This document shows, one piece after another, positions 1 through 9,072 of a stretch of 64,000 nt of DNA. Made by a program: the position numbers and the translations under genes. Source of the DNA: Syntrophus sp. (in: bacteria). Its GTDB lineage: Bacteria > Desulfobacterota > Syntrophia > Syntrophales > UBA8958. The notes under the pieces were generated by a model that made no database searches, had not been told where the DNA came from, and saw only the letters and a program-made list of their open reading frames with translations. How positions within the stretch are numbered: position 1 is the first letter of the stretch; every line of letters begins with the position of its first letter. The stretch is from positions 2,714 to 66,713 of the forward strand of contig JANXZC010000158.1 in the NCBI GenBank assembly GCA_025355725.1. The letters run 5' to 3'.

Positions 1-178
1 CTCCAGAGCATCCTGAAAGCGTTACTCCCTTGATTATTCTAATCATGCTAAATTTTAATTGTAATAATTGAAATGTAAAACCGGAATAAATCTGATACAA
101 GGATCCGTGTTGCGCTGCAAGTAAACTAGGCAGCAAACGGGGAAAACAAACTCCAACTATATTTCTAAAGAATTTGAA

Positions 179-1354
179 ATGAAACAAATCAATTATTACC
201 GCTGGATATTAGTTTCTGTTGTACTTGCTTTACTGTTTATTACACCATATCTGACAATCGCAGCCCATTGTTCTACAGATTCCCACACGTCGATCAATGA
301 AGCAGCAATGCGGCTGGTGAAATTTTGCAATGATCCCAAGGTCGGCCTTGATGAACGAGATGTTGCCACCCTGGTGGACTACGTGCAAAGCCCGAAACAA
401 AACAGAGAACACGCCTTACTGGAATCCCAAGGATGTCCAGGAGCCTATCAAGAGTTCGACACAAAGATCAGCTTTTCTCGATTCATGGCCTATTCCTATA
501 ACTCACTTATCCCATCGGCTGTCACGAGACCATCTTCCATGCGATATTCTCTTTGGAGTGATCTCCAGGGTAAATTCCAGAAGCTACCAAGCAATTGGAA
601 ACTCATACCCCCAGCCGGAGCCCCATTGATCTTGCATGGGCTACAACATAATTCGAATACCCCTGATCCCACAACCGGACTCTATTATAAATATGATGTT
701 AAAAGAACATTCATTTTGGTCAATTACAAAGGTCGTCAGGTCCTGATCTCCGTATCAAAGCAAATCGGCGAATCCAATGTTGGGGAAAAAGGATATATCC
801 TCGGCAGTGACAGCGAATGGAACTACTACTACTCGGGGGAACCCGGCTCCGCAAAAGCCGGCCTTGGCTGGGTCAAATCTTACATTTACGATTTTTTTTC
901 AGTCGGTGTTTATATGGAATCAAGTATTTCGCCAGTCATGATGAGAAACGGCGTTTTTCAATGGATCAGTGCCGGCTGGTCGGGAATCAATTTTGTTCAG
1001 CCTAATAATATTATCGCCGGTATGAAGCGTTTTGCACGTGACAACAGGATGATCCTGGAGTCACCTCGACTGCCTGCACCGAATCAGATGATCTCCACAT
1101 ATCAATGGCTTTCGAATATGCCGATAAATGATTTAACAAAAATATATAGTGCTATGCAGCAGGCACGGTGGTCTGAGGCTCTACAGCTCGGTAAAATCAG
1201 CGGATCGAAAGCAGATAACCCCGCATCACTTGTTAAAACATCGAAAGACCAGATGGTGGCAGAATTGATGCTGGAGTACCTCAAGTTAGCCCTCGGAAAA
1301 CCAACACCAGTGGGCAAACAATTTTCTCTTATGCCCCCTGATTCTTTGAGATAA
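179..1354 (+). CDS. hypothetical exported or membrane-anchored protein, no family recognised
   Basis: 391-aa ORF with an N-terminal hydrophobic segment (ILVSVVLALLFITPYLTIAA). It lies in a visibly AT-richer block. I can name no catalytic motif. Confidence 0.45.
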   Translation: MKQINYYRWILVSVVLALLFITPYLTIAAHCSTDSHTSINEAAMRLVKFCNDPKVGLDERDVATLVDYVQSPKQNREHALLESQGCPGAYQEFDTKISFSRFMAYSYNSLIPSAVTRPSSMRYSLWSDLQGKFQKLPSNWKLIPPAGAPLILHGLQHNSNTPDPTTGLYYKYDVKRTFILVNYKGRQVLISVSKQIGESNVGEKGYILGSDSEWNYYYSGEPGSAKAGLGWVKSYIYDFFSVGVYMESSISPVMMRNGVFQWISAGWSGINFVQPNNIIAGMKRFARDNRMILESPRLPAPNQMISTYQWLSNMPINDLTKIYSAMQQARWSEALQLGKISGSKADNPASLVKTSKDQMVAELMLEYLKLALGKPTPVGKQFSLMPPDSLR

Positions 1355-1661
1355 ACTGACCATTATCTTGCGAAATTTAAGGAGGCTTTTTATTGTATGC
1401 TTCCTGCTATCAAGCATGTCAATTTTCTGCCATACATACAAGGTATCACTTGGAAATAAATGGCGCATCTGATTTAAGATCGTTTACTTTTACCTGTCTT
1501 TGTGCAAAATAATGTCGGAACTCTAGCTGACTCAACAGCGTGGTGCAAGATCATAAAAGAGGAAATGTAAATTTGGTAACTTTGGTACTGTAGATTATAT
1601 TACTCTCAACGGATAGCCGTTATCTCATATATGGGAAGCGAAAAAAATATCAGGATGCATA

Positions 1662-3017
1662 ATGGGTTCGATTAAAGAAGATGTTAAAGAGCATATAGTA
1701 GCTTCCCATGAGATTTTGAGGGACAGATGGTCTCACTGGGTACAAATACTAAAGGAAATTTGGCCTTTAATTCTTCTTCTGGTATTTGCTACTGGTTTAG
1801 CAATATGGTTTGCCAAACCAGCTCCTCCGAGTCATGTGATGATTGCTACTGGACCAAAAGGTAGTTCCGCGCAACTCTATGCAAGTCAGTACGCGAAGTT
1901 CTTTCAACGACATGGCATAACCCTGGAAATACTACCAACCATAGGCTCCAATGAAAATATGGCCCATCTCCTGGATCGAAAAGACCCCGTTCAGGCAGCT
2001 TTTGCTCAGGGAGGACTGCTGAAGCCGGAACAGGTGGAAGGGTTACTTTGTCTGGGGAGTATCGGGTATGAACCATTATGGTTCTTTCATCGTGGGGGCC
2101 TTGGGAAGAAAATCCAAGCAGTGGAGGCATTGAGGCTGCATAAAATTGCCATTGGACCACCGGGGAGCGGTACAAATACACTTGCCCAGAACATCCTGCG
2201 GCTCAATAGCATTCCGGTTGCTTCTAATGTCTTACAGATTCCCTGGCCAGATGCGGTAAATGCACTCCAGCGAGGTGAGATTGACGGCATGATCATTGTG
2301 GACACCCTTGAAGCCCCAATAATACAATACCTGTTGAGAAATCCCATGTTGAATCTGGCGAGCTTTGAGCGTGTATCTGCCTATACAAAGCAACTCCCAT
2401 TCATTGAAGCTGTTCAACTGCCCATGGGTTCAATAGACCTTGCCAAGAATTTACCGCCCCATGATGTACAATTGTTAGCCACGACCGTCAGCCTGTTGAT
2501 TGATAAAGATCTGCACCCGGCGATCCAGATGCTCTTCATGCAGGCGATGGAAGAAGTGAATGGGCGGGAGGGGTTTTTCTCCAACGCCAGAGAATTCCCC
2601 TCTTACAAAGACCCAACAGTGCCGGAAAGCGAGGTTGCGATCCGATACTACAAAAATGGCTCCCCCTGGATGATGCATTATATGCCCTTCTGGTTGGCTG
2701 AGTTCATTAACCGGATGTTCGTTATGCTGATGCCGCTGATTGCCCTTGCCTATCCAATCATCCGTTCAATGCCGAATTTCAGGCGCCAGCGGATACTCAA
2801 CCGTCTGCGGCAACATTATGGCAAACTGAAGTTCCTTGAGAACGATATTGCAAACCATTACGAGGCTTCCCGGCGGGACGAATACATTGATCGCCTGGAC
2901 AAACTGGAACGGGATGTTATCTCACTCAAAGTACCCCACAGTTTTGCAGAGAATTATTTCCAACTACGTTCAAATATTGACTTTGTCCGCGATAAACTAA
3001 GTCACCGAGATTCTTAA
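1662..3017 (+). CDS. TAXI-like (TRAP-type) periplasmic solute-binding domain protein with N- and C-terminal membrane segments
   Basis: An N-terminal TM (WPLILLLVFATGLAIWF) precedes IATGPKGSSAQLYASQYAKFF...TIGSNENMAHLL...AAFAQGG, which resembles the TAXI/NMT1-type binding fold. A C-terminal TM (FVMLMPLIALAYPII) and a charged coiled tail follow. Confidence 0.45.
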   Translation: MGSIKEDVKEHIVASHEILRDRWSHWVQILKEIWPLILLLVFATGLAIWFAKPAPPSHVMIATGPKGSSAQLYASQYAKFFQRHGITLEILPTIGSNENMAHLLDRKDPVQAAFAQGGLLKPEQVEGLLCLGSIGYEPLWFFHRGGLGKKIQAVEALRLHKIAIGPPGSGTNTLAQNILRLNSIPVASNVLQIPWPDAVNALQRGEIDGMIIVDTLEAPIIQYLLRNPMLNLASFERVSAYTKQLPFIEAVQLPMGSIDLAKNLPPHDVQLLATTVSLLIDKDLHPAIQMLFMQAMEEVNGREGFFSNAREFPSYKDPTVPESEVAIRYYKNGSPWMMHYMPFWLAEFINRMFVMLMPLIALAYPIIRSMPNFRRQRILNRLRQHYGKLKFLENDIANHYEASRRDEYIDRLDKLERDVISLKVPHSFAENYFQLRSNIDFVRDKLSHRDS

Positions 3018-3204
3018 TAATTGTAGCTCTTCGAAAATTGTCGATATTAATGACCATTTATGTTGGGAACATTATCCAACGGATACATGGTTGAAATATA
3101 TTGGCATTGTTAGGAAACCAATCGGCAACGGAAAAGACCCCATTATTATTGTCTTTTTTCTCCAAATTATATTAGGGAAAACTATATGTGGATGGAGGGA
3201 AATA

Positions 3205-3348
3205 ATGAGAAAAACCATATGTGCCTTGGTAATTGTTTTAATGTGTATGTCTTCATTTGCGCTTGCCGATACAATTAAAGTTATTAATCAAAGAAATGAG
3301 TATGGTGGAACAACAATGGAAAGCTATTTAAATTCGAAGAAGACGTAG
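3205..3348 (+). CDS. possible small exported peptide (47 aa)
   Basis: An internal ATG of ORF 3091..3348 is preceded by GGAGGG 5 nt upstream. The product MRKTICALVIVLMCMSSFALA/DTIK... has a signal-peptide-like N-terminus. There is no homology basis. Confidence 0.3.
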   Translation: MRKTICALVIVLMCMSSFALADTIKVINQRNEYGGTTMESYLNSKKT

Positions 3349-3690
3349 AGGCATGGACTGAAAAAGGATGCGAGTGGAATAAAAATAGATACACGTATAG
3401 GTAGGCGAACAGGAGCTCGTCATTATTGATATTTTATCGCAATCAGCCTTACTGACAACAAATACTAAAGCGAGAAATGAAATTTTATTTCATATCGCTG
3501 AATTGCGATCGAAACCTGCATATCATGGAAGTTGATTTTCCCGGAGATCAATGGTATTCTTGCTTTCCTTATTAATTTCACGAAGAAATGATTGATTAGC
3601 GGACTTCTTCTGGTAATGTTCAAACGAAATCGATGATAATGACAAGGTGGTTGATTGGCGATGTTACCGGACGTACCGGTGTAAAAATTA

Positions 3691-5139
3691 TCAAAACGAA
3701 TAGACCAACTCCCAGCGCGCATAGTACGCAAGGTCATTCTCAGGATAATAATCCCCGGGTTTTAACATTTCCAACCTGAGTTCACCCCTCAGGGTGTCGT
3801 TTTTTCTGAGGATGCTTTCTGCTAGTTGGAAGTTGGCCCGTATCGATGCCAGCCAACCCCTGATGTTTCCATCTCCGCCGCCGTCTCTTACCGGCGCCAA
3901 GAGGTAACCGATCATAAAGTTACTCTGCAGCCACGGAAGGGGGTTTACGGTCAGGTCGCTATAGTACATATTTACGTTGGACCACCGTCCTCCCCCTTCG
4001 TAACTCAAGGTGGTCTGGTAAATCACACTGTATCCCGCCCAGCGGGCAAAGGGCGAATCCCACCCTTCCTCCGTATCTTTAGACGGATCTCGGCCTGAGG
4101 TGTAATACCATCCGGCGCCCAGAACCGGCTTTAAACGATGCAGGAACGGCATTTTCCATTTCAGGAGAAAGTCGGCCATGTATCCAGTCTTGGGCGTTCC
4201 GCCGTCGTAGTACCCCGTTTGATAGGCGGCCTCGAAGTTGCCCTCCAGCGTATCGGTAAACTGAGGCATAATCCGCATGCCGAAGGTGTTGAATTGCAAT
4301 GCTGGGACCTTGACCATGTTTGTTTCGGGATCGTAAATCTGTACCCTCCCAACGTCCGTGTAAAGGTCCCCGTCAAACTCCCAACTGCTTTCACGCTTAT
4401 AGATACTGTAGGCCTCTATGGTCAACTTCGGGAGTGACTTGTTTTTGATGTAGATCCCGAATCCTGCTTCTGTCATCCATTCGCGCCAGGAAGGATAACC
4501 TGTCAGGTCCCTTCCTTGGGGATTGATGACCAGATTATTGGTCGGCCGGTCGTAAATGCCGATAATGTCGATTTCGGTATCCTTTATCCCCTTCCAGGTT
4601 ACCCGGGCGGCGTCGAAATATTCCGTCCGCCCCGAGCTCTTCGGTGTGCCGTTGGCGATAATTTTTCCGGTTCCGTAACGCAGTTCCTGCCTGCCTATCC
4701 TCAGATCGAGACTGCCGCCGGACAGTTTCTTTACATTCACATATAACTGGTCGACAAAGATTTCATCGGGAAACCGGTAGTTAGTGGTGCCGGACGGCTC
4801 AAAATAATATCGGAATTCGTTTGATATCCTGCCCCTGAAACTCACGTCTTCCCATGGCTGTATCTCGGCCCATAACCGGGTGCGGAGACGGAGGAAATTC
4901 GTATCGGAAAAATATTTGTCCCGGTAGTAGGGAACATTGTCGAAATAAGTCTGCCTGAGCCGGACATCGCCGCCAATTTTAAAGGGAATGCCGTCTGTTA
5001 CTCGGGGAGAACCATCTTCGGCTCCCGTTGCCGATGCGCCCGCGAGCAGAAAGGACAATACCAGCAAGGTGAAAAAGGAACGAATCGACCCCGTAATCAA
5101 AGCCGATGGATTATTTGCCATATGGTTTAGGCTTTCCAC
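3691..5139 (-). CDS. outer-membrane beta-barrel protein (alginate-export-like porin)
   Basis: Signal peptide (FFTLLVLSFLLAGASATGA), alternating aromatic/Gly beta-strand pattern throughout, and the C-terminal OMP signature ...YARWELVYSF ending in Phe. Assignment to the alginate-export family is from memory of the fold pattern. Confidence 0.55.
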   Translation of the reverse strand: MESLNHMANNPSALITGSIRSFFTLLVLSFLLAGASATGAEDGSPRVTDGIPFKIGGDVRLRQTYFDNVPYYRDKYFSDTNFLRLRTRLWAEIQPWEDVSFRGRISNEFRYYFEPSGTTNYRFPDEIFVDQLYVNVKKLSGGSLDLRIGRQELRYGTGKIIANGTPKSSGRTEYFDAARVTWKGIKDTEIDIIGIYDRPTNNLVINPQGRDLTGYPSWREWMTEAGFGIYIKNKSLPKLTIEAYSIYKRESSWEFDGDLYTDVGRVQIYDPETNMVKVPALQFNTFGMRIMPQFTDTLEGNFEAAYQTGYYDGGTPKTGYMADFLLKWKMPFLHRLKPVLGAGWYYTSGRDPSKDTEEGWDSPFARWAGYSVIYQTTLSYEGGGRWSNVNMYYSDLTVNPLPWLQSNFMIGYLLAPVRDGGGDGNIRGWLASIRANFQLAESILRKNDTLRGELRLEMLKPGDYYPENDLAYYARWELVYSF

Positions 5140-5665
5140 TGAAAACGATGAATTTTACTGTTGATTAAAGTAACTGATATGAGGTTTTTTTGCAAGGGCC
5201 TGAATTTATATCAAATTGAGTCAAATTAAATATTACCCAAGGAGGTGAAGAAAAAGGATTGTTGATTCATAAATCGATGCATTTGCCGCATCAGAACCGG
5301 GAAGTGTTTAGGAGAGCAGGGAAACCACCACTGACCATGTCAGTGGTTTTGACAGGAAATAAATATTATTGATGCCCGCCAGAAAAGTTCAAGGGCATGG
5401 GCAAGTAGATGTTGTGAATTCCAGCCAACACCTCTATTTCAATGTAAAGTCTTGCTGGCTTCCAAGAGAAAGGTGGCAAATAATTCCGTCTCAAACTGCC
5501 TGTTGTCTTGTCTTGATCATTGCCCCTTATCGCATTGCCAAGCTGGGACGGGGGGAGATCGCCACACACCACCAGGGCCAAGCGGAAAGGGGAGATCCGA
5601 TCCTCCGTCAGGGGTGAGTTCATGGCATTGCGCTCAATGACATTCTCGGACAATAACCTCTCTCT

Positions 5666-6499
5666 TCAGGTCATCTCTTTAAGTTTAGCTCCTGCTTCCC
5701 ATTGTTCCGCTTCGAGGAGATCTTTATCCGTTTTGTAGATCGTACTCGTATCGGCCCCATCCCACCTGGCTTCATGCATCAGGACGGCATGCATGTCCGC
5801 ATACGTCAGTTCTGCCTGGGAAAAATCTGCTCCTTTTACTATGGCGTGAGAGAAATTGGTGTAAGGCAAACGGGCCCGCACGAATTGTGCCCCTGTACAA
5901 TCCCCTTTAATAAAAAGGGATTGGGCGAGGGAGGCGTCCGCAAAGTTGGATACTTTGAGTTTCGCTTCCGTGAAATTGGACATAGGCAGGTTTGCCTTAT
6001 GGAAGTCCGCCTTATCTGCCTTGGCGCCGACAAAATTTACATATTTACCGTGGGCCTCCCGGAAGATTGCCCCGATCAAATTCGCCCCGGCAAAGCTCGC
6101 CTGGGTGATATCGGCACGGGAAAAATCGGCGGCTTTGAGATCTGCCTTCTCCAGGATGATCATTTTGAGGTTACAATTCAAAAACTTCTGCCCGGCCAGC
6201 TTTGCTTCCATGAAATAGGCTTTCGTCAGATCGGTTTGATGAAAAATGGCGGTGGTCATATCAGATGCGCCGGCTATCATGCGGCTTAGATTTGCCCCCG
6301 TGAAATCGGTCCCGGTTAGCAGACAGTGGTGCAGCGTAACCCGGGAAAGTGTCGCGCCCGCAAAGATGCAACCGCGAAGCGAAACATTTTCGAAAAAAGC
6401 CCCAGTAATTTCGCATCCGGAAAAATCAAGGCCCGTCAGGTCGGCGTCTTTGATTCCCCCATCTTTCCTGATCTTTTCAAGATATTCTTGTGCGCTCAT
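5666..6499 (-). CDS. pentapeptide-repeat protein
   Basis: Continuous A(D/N)LxX repeats (ADLTGLDFSGCEITGAFFENVSLRGCIFAGATLSRV...). Its ATG overlaps the upstream stop (ATGA), implying translational coupling. Confidence 0.85.
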   Translation of the reverse strand: MSAQEYLEKIRKDGGIKDADLTGLDFSGCEITGAFFENVSLRGCIFAGATLSRVTLHHCLLTGTDFTGANLSRMIAGASDMTTAIFHQTDLTKAYFMEAKLAGQKFLNCNLKMIILEKADLKAADFSRADITQASFAGANLIGAIFREAHGKYVNFVGAKADKADFHKANLPMSNFTEAKLKVSNFADASLAQSLFIKGDCTGAQFVRARLPYTNFSHAIVKGADFSQAELTYADMHAVLMHEARWDGADTSTIYKTDKDLLEAEQWEAGAKLKEMT

Positions 6500-9051
6500 A
6501 GATCCTTATTCAATGACAGCAGGGTTCTTTTGATATTTGCACCTTTGAGATTCGCTTTGTTGAGCTTCGCCTGGTAAAAATCAACACCGTAAAGGTTCGA
6601 CAACTTAAGGTCCGTCCACATCAGGCTTGCTTTGCGTAGCGAGCCTTTGAAGAGATTGATCCCCCCGAGAGTTGCCCCTTCGAGGTTTGCCTTGGCGAAT
6701 TTTGCTTCTCTGGCAATGGCCCTGGTTAAAATGGCGCCGTTTAGGTCCGCCGCTGTAAAATCTGCCCGGTCCAGCTTGGCCTCGTGCATTTGCGCCCGGG
6801 CCAGCTTCACTCCTTCCCAGGAGGCGTCTGTAAGATCAGCACGGTAAAATCGCCCGTTCGTAATTTCTGTATCTTTATCGGCCCGCGATTTTTTCAGGGA
6901 AGAGACGCTAAATGACGGTGAATCTCCCTTGACGCCAAAAAGCTTGATTCCGTCGGCCCGGACTTGGAAAAACGACGCATGTGATATCTGCGCTCCCGTA
7001 AGATCCGCTTCGCTGAGATCTGCTTCATCGAACTTGGTCTCACTGAGATCAGCCCCGGCAAACAGGGATCTGGGGGCCTTCGCTTTTACGCATTCCGCTT
7101 CCGTCATGATTGCCTTTTCGAATACGGCTTCGGTCATCGTGGCTCCCGTAAGATTCACGGCGGTAAAATCCGATGCCGTAAAATCACCCCCGGTCAGATC
7201 GGCCCTTTGCATAGAAGCCTTCACAAACTTTGCCTTCCCGGAACTGGCATGATTAAACAAGGCATCATCCATGACGGCTTCGCTGAAATCGGTTTCCGTC
7301 ATCAAGGCGCCGGTAAAACTGGCGCCCGCGAGTTTTGACTTCTTAAAGATGGCCCGCTCAAGGATAGAGTTCGAAAAGTCAGCCCCCGGCATCACCTGAC
7401 CGGAAAAGTCAATTCCCGTCAGGTCAAGGTTGCCCAAAGGTTCTCCCTGCCAGTACTTTGCCAGAACGTATTCCAGGGTCACGGCTGCCTCTGCCTGGGG
7501 AGGGACCGGCAACTCCGGGGGAGGGGCTTGAGCTGCTTGCGCGGCCTCGGCTGCCGCCTGCTTCTCAAGGTTGCCCAGGGAGGTCAGGGATTCGTGAACA
7601 AGCTTTTCCGTTTCCTTGAGCTGGGCCTCGATTTCCGGTTTGTGAAAGCCTCCCTTCCTGAGTCCGGCGATGATCTCGTCGGCGGATTTCAAAGGCGCCT
7701 CGGGCTTCGGCGCCATGATTTTCTCAACGTCGGCGGTAGTAAGGCCGAATTTTTTCATAAAATCGGCGGTCTGCTTTTCCAGGGCGGCAACAGCCGTTCC
7801 CAGGTCGGAAAGTGACCCTGTCGCCGCCCTCGCTTCGACAGGGGAAAACTGCCTGACCACGGCATCCGGATCGAGGCCTGCCTGCTTTAGCATTGCCGTG
7901 GTTTTGGCTTCAAATTCCTGGGTTTCCTTGAGCAGAGAAGCCAATTCCGGTTTAATCGCCGGGGCATCAGGTGGCGCCGTTACAGGGGCCGGTTTTGATT
8001 CCGGCAGCGGTTCCACCGGCGCTGCTTCCGCCTTCGCTTCCGCCGGGGTCAGTTTTTCCTCAAACATCCGGCGATATTCTTCAATGGATTTCGGTTGATC
8101 TTTGAGGGATTCCCATTGGGCATAAAAATGAAGCACATCTTCATACTCATCATCTGCCACGGCGACAGTGCCGCGATAGAGGAGAATGCCAATCTCCCGG
8201 TCGGGAAAGAGCCATAGCGTCTCCGCCCGGCAGGGTACTTCTTTGAAGATATCCTTTTCCCCCTCTTTCTGGTGAACGAAAAGACGACCCCGCAAGGCCG
8301 GCAGGTTTGATTTGATTACCGGCTTCCGGGGGTGCATATTGCGGATTTCCACCTTTTCGTCGCCGTTAAAGAACCCGGCGAGGCGCTGATCCTCCGGGGC
8401 GGCGTTGAAATATTCCCAGTCCGTATCCTTGGGGAAATGGGGCCAGTCTTCAAGCAACCACTTTTGATCCACCTTACCCAAATAGCCAAGCCGCTGGGGC
8501 CACGTCAGCGGGTAGGCAGTGAAACCGGCCGGTTTGGGTCTGTCTCCGGGAGAGCTCATGAGCTGACGGGGATCCTGAACATTGGGGAGCGGGGTTTTCC
8601 CCGTGCCATCGTGTTCCATTCCTTTCCCCAGGGGGTTCTCCGGCAGGTTCGGACCGCCGAAGGCATTTCCATAATTAATGGGCATATGGCTGAAAGGTTC
8701 GGGGTCCTGCGCCCCTGCCAGGCTCCAGTGGTGGTTTCCGAAAATGGCCAGGGTCTTGGATAAATTTCCGACGCGAACATGTACTTCCAGACCATGAACA
8801 GGCTTTGGCGCAAAGCCGGAACCATAAACGAGATATTCCCCGTGCACCTTGGGGACGCCGAAGTCGAAGATTTCGTCCTCATTTAAGGCCGCCCCGATAA
8901 TGGGCCACATCTCCGGCTCATCAAGGAGGCGGTTGGAAACGGATGTGTCCAGGGTGAAACAGGCGCAGGCAGCGATGGAAAGGCAGGCCCTTTTATCAAT
9001 AAAGCAGCTTTTGAAAAGGAGACCAAGATTTTGCGGTTTGATAATCTTCAT
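6496..9051 (-). CDS. DUF2169-domain protein fused to a Pro/Ala/Glu-rich linker and a C-terminal pentapeptide-repeat domain (T6SS accessory/adaptor family)
   Basis: The N-terminus MKIIKPQNLGLL... and PAGFTAYPLTWPQRLGYLGKVDQKWLLEDWPHFPKDTDWEYFNAAPEDQR match the DUF2169 pattern. The C-terminal ~300 aa are A(D/N)LxX repeats. The gene sits directly downstream of vgrG. Confidence 0.8.
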   Translation of the reverse strand: MKIIKPQNLGLLFKSCFIDKRACLSIAACACFTLDTSVSNRLLDEPEMWPIIGAALNEDEIFDFGVPKVHGEYLVYGSGFAPKPVHGLEVHVRVGNLSKTLAIFGNHHWSLAGAQDPEPFSHMPINYGNAFGGPNLPENPLGKGMEHDGTGKTPLPNVQDPRQLMSSPGDRPKPAGFTAYPLTWPQRLGYLGKVDQKWLLEDWPHFPKDTDWEYFNAAPEDQRLAGFFNGDEKVEIRNMHPRKPVIKSNLPALRGRLFVHQKEGEKDIFKEVPCRAETLWLFPDREIGILLYRGTVAVADDEYEDVLHFYAQWESLKDQPKSIEEYRRMFEEKLTPAEAKAEAAPVEPLPESKPAPVTAPPDAPAIKPELASLLKETQEFEAKTTAMLKQAGLDPDAVVRQFSPVEARAATGSLSDLGTAVAALEKQTADFMKKFGLTTADVEKIMAPKPEAPLKSADEIIAGLRKGGFHKPEIEAQLKETEKLVHESLTSLGNLEKQAAAEAAQAAQAPPPELPVPPQAEAAVTLEYVLAKYWQGEPLGNLDLTGIDFSGQVMPGADFSNSILERAIFKKSKLAGASFTGALMTETDFSEAVMDDALFNHASSGKAKFVKASMQRADLTGGDFTASDFTAVNLTGATMTEAVFEKAIMTEAECVKAKAPRSLFAGADLSETKFDEADLSEADLTGAQISHASFFQVRADGIKLFGVKGDSPSFSVSSLKKSRADKDTEITNGRFYRADLTDASWEGVKLARAQMHEAKLDRADFTAADLNGAILTRAIAREAKFAKANLEGATLGGINLFKGSLRKASLMWTDLKLSNLYGVDFYQAKLNKANLKGANIKRTLLSLNKDL

Positions 9052-9072
9052 ATCTGTCTCTACAGTCGTCCT

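Noticed and set aside
3465-3737. 90-aa ORF downstream of and overlapping the OMP gene end
   Set aside because: Its start overlaps the OMP C-terminus, the remainder runs through AT-rich spacer, and it has no RBS or motif. I looked for a transposase or IS remnant here and could not support one.
5366-5653. 95-aa ORF directly downstream of the last pentapeptide gene, a possible immunity or effector gene
   Set aside because: It starts with TTG, has no RBS I can see, is overlapped by equally long ORFs in other frames, and has no motif. I kept it only as a remark under the vgrG island finding.
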